Shown: positions 27,938 through 33,606 of the stretch, one piece after another | How the letters are laid out: every line of letters begins with the position of its first letter | Position numbering within the stretch: position 1 is the stretch's first letter | NCBI GenBank assembly: GCA_051746405.1 | Contig: JBNJFB010000022.1 | Location: 1-33,606, forward strand | DNA: 33,606 nucleotides | Source: Campylobacterota bacterium | GTDB lineage: Bacteria > Campylobacterota > Campylobacteria > Campylobacterales > Arcobacteraceae | Direction of reading: 5' to 3' | Made by a program: the position numbers and the translations under genes | Notes under the pieces: model-generated | Databases searched by the model: none | What the model saw: only the letters and a program-made list of their open reading frames with translations | Told to the model about the DNA's origin: nothing

Positions 27938-28957
27938 GTGATAACTTTAATGAATAAAAATAGGTTTAAGCAAAAGTATAAAAAGTATATTGATAAGATA
28001 ATATCTGAATATAGCATAATAGACTCAATGGATACTATAAATCAAAATATAATCAATAATATTAAACAAATAAGTGAAGTGAATATGGTTATGCTTTATA
28101 AGTTTGATGAAAATTATGATGGTAATATTATTGCACAACAAAGTAGTGATATAAACTGCAAAGATAAAACAAATGAAGATTTTATGGAAAATCATATTTT
28201 TAAAAGTAGCACCTTATCAAAGGAAAAACAACTTTTTTTAGAAAATAGAGTTAGGTTTATATCATGTGGTACTTTAGAAAATAGATACACAATGTCTTTA
28301 TCAATTATTGTAGATAGCCGATTATGGGGCTTAGTTCTTGCTTGTTATTTAGAAAAAAAGAGTCTTCACTCTTATGAGTATGAGATATATGATAGTTTAA
28401 GCAAAATAGTTTCACATCAAATACAGCAAAAAGAGCTTGTAAATCTAAATGAAAGACTTAAAATACAAGCTGTAACAGACCCTTTAACGCTACTATATAA
28501 TCTAAGATATTTTAAAGAGTTTGGTATATTGCAGTTTGATAGAAGTTTAAAGACACAAGAGAGTTTTTCAGTTTTACTACTTGATATAAGTAATCTTGAA
28601 GAGATAAAAAATCATTATGGAAATGAAGTGTGTGATTTTATAATAATAAGTATAAAAAACAGAATAGAGCTTCAAGTACCACAAAAAAGTGCTATTTTAT
28701 CAAGGATATCTTGCTATGAGTTTGCAATGATTATTTATGATAATGATTTAGATATAAATATAGTAGCAAACAATATATTAGAAGATATTATAAGTAAAGA
28801 GTTTATTATAGATAAAGCAAATATCTTTATTCAAGCATTTATATCAGTAGTAAAGTTTGATAAAGAACTATTTCAAAACTTCTCACAGATGTTAAGAGCA
28901 TCTGAGTTAAAGCTACAAATGGCACGTCAAGAAGATAAAAGAGTTTATAATGAATAG
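27938..28957 (+). CDS. Phytochrome-type GAF (degenerate) + degenerate GGDEF protein
   Basis: VMLYKFD..G.IIA, LFLENRVRFI and MSLSIIVDSRLWGL resemble phytochrome GAF; TDPLT..YN GGDEF start with SCYEF at the active site. Start may be ATG 27950. Confidence 0.8.
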   Translation: MITLMNKNRFKQKYKKYIDKIISEYSIIDSMDTINQNIINNIKQISEVNMVMLYKFDENYDGNIIAQQSSDINCKDKTNEDFMENHIFKSSTLSKEKQLFLENRVRFISCGTLENRYTMSLSIIVDSRLWGLVLACYLEKKSLHSYEYEIYDSLSKIVSHQIQQKELVNLNERLKIQAVTDPLTLLYNLRYFKEFGILQFDRSLKTQESFSVLLLDISNLEEIKNHYGNEVCDFIIISIKNRIELQVPQKSAILSRISCYEFAMIIYDNDLDINIVANNILEDIISKEFIIDKANIFIQAFISVVKFDKELFQNFSQMLRASELKLQMARQEDKRVYNE

Positions 28958-28972
28958 TCTAGGAACATAAAT

Positions 28973-29689
28973 ATGTCAAATAAGAGTATAATACAACTTG
29001 GAACAGACTGTTATTATAATAAAGAGTTTAAAAAAGTTTTTGTAAACCAAAAAGATATCAAACTTACAAAATCTCAAATAAAATTAATATCAATTTTTGC
29101 AAAAAATATCAATAGACCACTACTTAATATAAATATATATTATGAAATATGGGATGATTTAAACAAAGAGTTTAACAGTAAAAGTATTAGAAACCTCATA
29201 TCAAAAACTAGAAAAACACTACCTATGTTAAATATAAAGAATCTTTACGGGGGATACTATGTACTTCAAAAACAGATATCATATCCAGATAATGATTTCA
29301 AAGAGTATCTACTGGAGTTTTTAGACCAATCTAAAAATGCAATTGTAATAACAAACCCTAATAAGGATGATAATCCAATTATTTATACAAATAGTGCATT
29401 TACAGATATTTTTGGATATACCTTTGAAGAAGTTTATGGAAAAAACTGTCGCTTTCTTCACAAAGAAGACAATGAGCAAATTGATTTATATGTTTTAAAA
29501 GAAGCAGTTCAAAAAAAAGATACAGTAACAGTTAGTATAAGAAACTACTCAAAACAAAATAAACTAATCTACAATGAAGTGACCATAAGTCCTATTTTTG
29601 ATAAACAAACAGGTAAACTAAAGTACTATTTAGGAGTTCATAAAGATGTTACATTTTTAAATAGTATTTTAAATCAAATCAAAGATTAG
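28973..29689 (+). CDS. OmpR/PhoB-type winged-helix DNA-binding domain fused to a C-terminal LOV domain
   Basis: N-terminal LTKSQ..L...IY.EIW...SIRNLISKTRK.L...I....G.Y (Trans_reg_C); C-terminal DNPIIY.N.AF...GY...EV.GKNCRFLH, RNY, YNEVTISPI. Confidence 0.88.
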   Translation: MSNKSIIQLGTDCYYNKEFKKVFVNQKDIKLTKSQIKLISIFAKNINRPLLNINIYYEIWDDLNKEFNSKSIRNLISKTRKTLPMLNIKNLYGGYYVLQKQISYPDNDFKEYLLEFLDQSKNAIVITNPNKDDNPIIYTNSAFTDIFGYTFEEVYGKNCRFLHKEDNEQIDLYVLKEAVQKKDTVTVSIRNYSKQNKLIYNEVTISPIFDKQTGKLKYYLGVHKDVTFLNSILNQIKD

Positions 29690-29698
29690 GTATTCTTA

Positions 29699-30061
29699 TT
29701 AAACACTAAAATCAGTAACTTCTTCATCCCAAAGAATTGTCACACCATACTCTTCATGTGGTATGACATACTTAAAGTACTCACTACTACCTTTTTTCCC
29801 ATGAAGTCTTACAATAGTTTGTTGTTCCCTTAAGAGTTTTTTCATCTCATTTTGGCTAAAACTTCTTTTATTCCATCTTTTAAAGGCATTTGAATAGACT
29901 CTAAATCTACAAGTTGAATCAGCTGTAAAAACATACTGTTCACTCTCGTCATACTCTTTTCTTGAGTTTTCGCAACTATAAAGTTTAACTTTTTTGCCAT
30001 TGACATTTATATTTTTTGACTCAACAACTCCATTGCAATAAGGACATTGACCTAAAATCAT
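29699..30061 (-). CDS. Small zinc-ribbon protein resembling a topoisomerase III C-terminal repeat
   Basis: LGQCPYC...YSCEN...CRFRV...EMKKLL pattern. Confidence 0.65.
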   Translation of the reverse strand: MILGQCPYCNGVVESKNINVNGKKVKLYSCENSRKEYDESEQYVFTADSTCRFRVYSNAFKRWNKRSFSQNEMKKLLREQQTIVRLHGKKGSSEYFKYVIPHEEYGVTILWDEEVTDFSV

Positions 30062-30072
30062 ATAATACTCAC

Positions 30073-31647
30073 TTATATTTTATTATCTATTGGTAGTTTT
30101 ATTTTAAAGCTTGCTCCATAAAAGTCTGTTTCATTGTAAGTGAAACTTCTATTTTCTACCTCTATTTGACCTTTCATATGTTTTCGAACTATTTCATCAC
30201 TCATATAAAGACCTATTCCCGTACCTTTTGACTTATGTTTTGTAGTAAAATATGGTTCAAAAATTCTATTTCTAATTTTTTCATCTATACCACCTGCATT
30301 ATCTAATACTTTAATATAGATATATTTTTCATCACCATATATATCAATAAAGATAATCTTCTCTTTTAAAGAGATATTTTTTATAAGTTCATCACTTGCA
30401 TTATTTAATAAATTTACTATTACTTGAATTAATTCATTTTTAAAAGTATAGATTTCTAAGTCATTTATATTTTGTATTAGCTTGATATTGTAAGATTTAA
30501 ACTTTGTTCTTATTAAGTCCAAAGTATACTCTAAAATTTCACTTATAAAAAAACTACTTTTATTATAGTTTGGCTTAAAAAAGCTACTAAAATCATCAAT
30601 TGTTTTAGAAAGATATTGTGAGTTTGTATTTATATCATTTAATCCATTTTTTAAACTCTCTTTATCTAAAGTTCCTGTATCATTTTGCAGTTTCATTCCA
30701 GTAGATAAAACTGAAATCACAGATAAAGGCTGCCTCCACTGATGTGCAATATTCTCAAGCATCTCACCCATAGCTGCCATTTTTGATTGCCTATGCATGA
30801 TATCTTCATAATCTAAAAGCTCTTTTTTTATTTTTGATACTTCTTCTTGTAGAGTTTTATTATAGTTTTTTAATTTTTCATTGAGTTCATTTTTCTGTTT
30901 TTCTATTTCTAATCTTTCACCAATATCCCTTGAAATAGCCATAATATAATCTTTTCCTTGATAATTTTTAAATATCAATGAGGTCTCCACATATACAAAA
31001 CCACCACCTTTAGTTTTATATTTTCCATAAGTTATTAGGTTTTTAGTTTTTTTGATTTGTTTGAATACCTCAAAAGTTGGCTTTGATTCTAGTATTGCTT
31101 CTCTTAAATCTGAAATTTTTGTATTTTCTAACTCTTCTTTTGTATAGCCAAGGGTTTGTATAACTTTTTCGTTTGCAAAGACAATAAAGTAGGTTTCATA
31201 ATCAACTAAAAAAACCATATCAGAAGACTCTTTTATAAACTCAAAATACAAATTAAGCTTCTCTTCTTGTTTTATTTTTTGTGAATTATCTGATACATAA
31301 GATAATAAATGATCTTTTCCATCTATATCAATAACCCTGGAGCTTATTTTAACTTGAATTTTTGATTTATCTTTTTTTATATGTTCTGATTCTATTGTAG
31401 TTGAAACCTCTTTACTTTTTCGAAACTCATTAAATTTTTCAAAAAAGAGGTTTTTATTGTTATTTACATCAATATCCCAAACATAAAGTTGCATAATCTC
31501 TTTTCTTGAGTAACCTAAACTTTTACAAGCTGTACCATTAGCAAACATTATTTTACCTGTGTATGAAATAAGATATATAGCTTCATTTGCTAAATCTAAC
31601 GATGTACGTAAAAGATACTGAATATTGTTTCTTTTTATTCTAGCCAC
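30073..31647 (-). CDS. Cytoplasmic PAS-PAS sensor histidine kinase
   Basis: Two PAS domains, coiled coil, AHQWRQP, DNAGGI, FEPYFTTK, GTGIGL; no TM segment; GTG start. Confidence 0.92.
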   Translation of the reverse strand: MARIKRNNIQYLLRTSLDLANEAIYLISYTGKIMFANGTACKSLGYSRKEIMQLYVWDIDVNNNKNLFFEKFNEFRKSKEVSTTIESEHIKKDKSKIQVKISSRVIDIDGKDHLLSYVSDNSQKIKQEEKLNLYFEFIKESSDMVFLVDYETYFIVFANEKVIQTLGYTKEELENTKISDLREAILESKPTFEVFKQIKKTKNLITYGKYKTKGGGFVYVETSLIFKNYQGKDYIMAISRDIGERLEIEKQKNELNEKLKNYNKTLQEEVSKIKKELLDYEDIMHRQSKMAAMGEMLENIAHQWRQPLSVISVLSTGMKLQNDTGTLDKESLKNGLNDINTNSQYLSKTIDDFSSFFKPNYNKSSFFISEILEYTLDLIRTKFKSYNIKLIQNINDLEIYTFKNELIQVIVNLLNNASDELIKNISLKEKIIFIDIYGDEKYIYIKVLDNAGGIDEKIRNRIFEPYFTTKHKSKGTGIGLYMSDEIVRKHMKGQIEVENRSFTYNETDFYGASFKIKLPIDNKI

Positions 31648-31737
31648 TTATAACCAACTTACAATTTTATTATTTTCATAAATTGTACCAAAGTATATAT
31701 TATATACAAGTTTTGTTATTGGTTTGTAACTTAAAAT

Positions 31738-31746
31738 TGTTATGAT
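31738..31746 (+). promoter_or_regulatory. Extended -10 directly upstream of the phoH start (leaderless)
   Basis: TGTTATGAT, then six T, then ATG 31753; no SD. Confidence 0.6.
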
Positions 31747-31752
31747 TTTTTT

Positions 31753-33132
31753 ATGAAAGAAAAAGTATATATATTAGATACAAATATAATTTTGCAAAAT
31801 ATTCAAAATCTAAATAAGATTTCTGATAATAAAACAAACAAGATAGTGATTCCTGAAACAGTGCTATTGGAGCTTGAAGATAAGAAAAAACTAACAAATG
31901 AGTTAGGTTTTTACTCAAGGGAGTTTGCAAGATTATTAGCTAAAATGAAAATCAAAGAGGTGGATTATAAAATAGGTTATAAGATTGTAAAGTTTTACAA
32001 TGACAACTTAAGCTTACATATAATCTCAAAAGATAAGTATGATACTAAAATTGAACAAGTACATATTAGTGAAAGTAATGATAAAAGAATTATTGAAGTT
32101 GCTAGCTTAGCAAGAGAGTATTATAAAGGTTACCAAACTATATTTTTATCCCTTGATGTTTATGCTAGAACATTTGCTCTTTTTAAAGGCTTAAAAACAG
32201 AAACCTTACATGAAGACAAGTCCACAGTCCCTAACTTTGAGTTTTTAAAAAGTATTAATCTTCACTCTTCTAGCTTTAATAGCTTAGAGAATAAAGATAT
32301 ATTAAGTATTGATAAGGATTATAACCCTCAAAACTTCTCATATAGCTTTAAAAGTGAAGATGGAAACAGTACTTTTGGTATTGTTTATAATAATAAACTT
32401 GAATTACTAAAAGAGAGTGACTTTAATAACTTAAATATAAAACCTGTAAACTTAAAGCAAAAACTCTTTACAAAGGCTATACTATCAAATATGTACGACT
32501 TACTTGTAATTGATGCAAAAGCAGGAAGTGGTAAAACACTTATGTCAATTGCAAGTGCTATGAGGTTGATTGATTTAGGTTTATATGATAAAATTGTGTA
32601 TGTTAGAAATTCAATAGAATCCCTTGATAAAGGTGCAGATATTGGCTATTTAGCTGGAAATGAAGAGAAGTTTAGAATCTATAACATGGCTTTACATGAT
32701 ACTTTAGAGTTCATTGCAAAAAAACAGCTAAAAAAGAGTGAAAACAGAGAAAATCAAGAATCAATAGAATCAAAAATAAATGATATGCAATCAAAGTATT
32801 GTATTGAAACACTATGGCCAGGTGAAGCAAGGGGTAGAACACTTTCAGGTGCTATTGTAATAATGGATGAGTGGCAAAATAGCTCAGAAAAGACTACTCA
32901 GCTTATTTTATCAAGACTTGATGAGTCTTGTATGTCAATTGTAATTGGTTCTAATCGTCAAATTGATAATTTATATTTAAATAAATATAATAATGGCTTA
33001 ACAACTCTTTTAAAACAAACAAAAGTTAAGCACGATGAGCTTAAAATATTTGCCATAGAGTTAGATAAAGCTGTAAGAGGTAAGTTTGCTCAGTTTAGTG
33101 AAAGAGTTTTTGAAAAAAAGAATAGTAATTAA
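31753..33132 (+). CDS. phoH: PIN-domain + PhoH-family ATPase (PhoH2/YlaK-like)
   Basis: ILDTN, P.TVL.ELE, NDKRI (PIN); AGSGKT, IGYLAG, RGRTL, MDEWQN, GS..QID (PhoH). Confidence 0.9.
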   Translation: MKEKVYILDTNIILQNIQNLNKISDNKTNKIVIPETVLLELEDKKKLTNELGFYSREFARLLAKMKIKEVDYKIGYKIVKFYNDNLSLHIISKDKYDTKIEQVHISESNDKRIIEVASLAREYYKGYQTIFLSLDVYARTFALFKGLKTETLHEDKSTVPNFEFLKSINLHSSSFNSLENKDILSIDKDYNPQNFSYSFKSEDGNSTFGIVYNNKLELLKESDFNNLNIKPVNLKQKLFTKAILSNMYDLLVIDAKAGSGKTLMSIASAMRLIDLGLYDKIVYVRNSIESLDKGADIGYLAGNEEKFRIYNMALHDTLEFIAKKQLKKSENRENQESIESKINDMQSKYCIETLWPGEARGRTLSGAIVIMDEWQNSSEKTTQLILSRLDESCMSIVIGSNRQIDNLYLNKYNNGLTTLLKQTKVKHDELKIFAIELDKAVRGKFAQFSERVFEKKNSN

Positions 33133-33142
33133 GGAATAAAAA

Positions 33143-33606
33143 ATACATAATAGATTAATAAATGACACAATTTACAGTCACATAGAGTATACAAAACTTG
33201 AAGATAAAATACTTCAAACAAAAACTGTCAATAGACTACAGTTTATAACACAAAATGCATTAGCATATTTCTCTTATCCATCAATTACCACTAAGAGATT
33301 TATTCACTCATTAGGAACAATGCATTTAGCATCTTTTATGTTTAAAAACTCCCTTTTAAATGCAAATAAAAGCACTAAAAACTCATTTTTAGATGAATTA
33401 AAAGATGCTATTTTAAAAATAATAAAAGATGATGATTTAAAGCTTGATTTAAAAGATATGGAGTATTTTGATAATAAAGCATTATACCAATTTAATATCC
33501 CAACAAAGTCAAAATCCCATAGGGCTGCTTATTGTATAGCGTTACAAACAATAAGAATAGTAGGTTTACTTCATGATGTTGGGCATTTGCCATTCTCTCA
33601 CCAAAT
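33143..33606 (+). CDS. HD-domain phosphohydrolase, SAMHD1/dNTPase-like (3' truncated by window; ATA start)
   Basis: Manual translation: IHNRLINDTIYSHI...VNRLQFITQNALAYFSYPSITTKRFIHSLGTMHLA...LLHDVGHLPFSHQ; AAGGA at 33131-33135. Not in the ORF track. Confidence 0.85.
   Translation, partial: MHNRLINDTIYSHIEYTKLEDKILQTKTVNRLQFITQNALAYFSYPSITTKRFIHSLGTMHLASFMFKNSLLNANKSTKNSFLDELKDAILKIIKDDDLKLDLKDMEYFDNKALYQFNIPTKSKSHRAAYCIALQTIRIVGLLHDVGHLPFSHQ

Noticed and set aside
31742..31756. Tiny ORF ATG ATT TTT TTA TGA overlapping the phoH start
   Set aside because: Its ATG lies within the predicted -10 box, so it would not be transcribed from that promoter
1..33606. tRNA, rRNA, riboswitch, CRISPR array, prophage or poly-G/C phase-variable tracts
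   Set aside because: None recognised; intergenic regions are short and AT-rich. A covariance-model search was not possible, so small ncRNAs cannot be excluded.

Overview
AT-rich chromosomal window from a Campylobacterota bacterium, most likely Arcobacteraceae (ciaB, AHQWRQP-type histidine kinases, gnTAnaAT promoters). Left to right: the terminus of an IS21-family element; a split letA/pqiA pair plus a 7-MCE letB lipid-transport operon; a YbjT-like SDR; a periplasmic binding protein/histidine kinase pair; ciaB; htpG with CIRCE and HAIR-like operators; a TPR protein; hypotheticals; pxpABC; dedA; dbpA; a ~12 kb signal-transduction block; PIN-PhoH; and a truncated HD-domain dNTPase-like gene. The most novel element is at 22256-29689. 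Two adjacent operons (CheB/CheR fusion + REC-PAS-GGDEF-EAL; degenerate phytochrome-type GAF-GGDEF + OmpR-type winged-helix-LOV) share a near-identical 30-bp promoter containing an 11-bp-period GACACTTT direct repeat. This suggests a one-component flavin (light/redox) sensing regulon controlling c-di-GMP. Two genes (dbpA, the HD gene) appear to use non-AUG starts, and phoH appears leaderless. All family calls come from motif recognition, not database searches.
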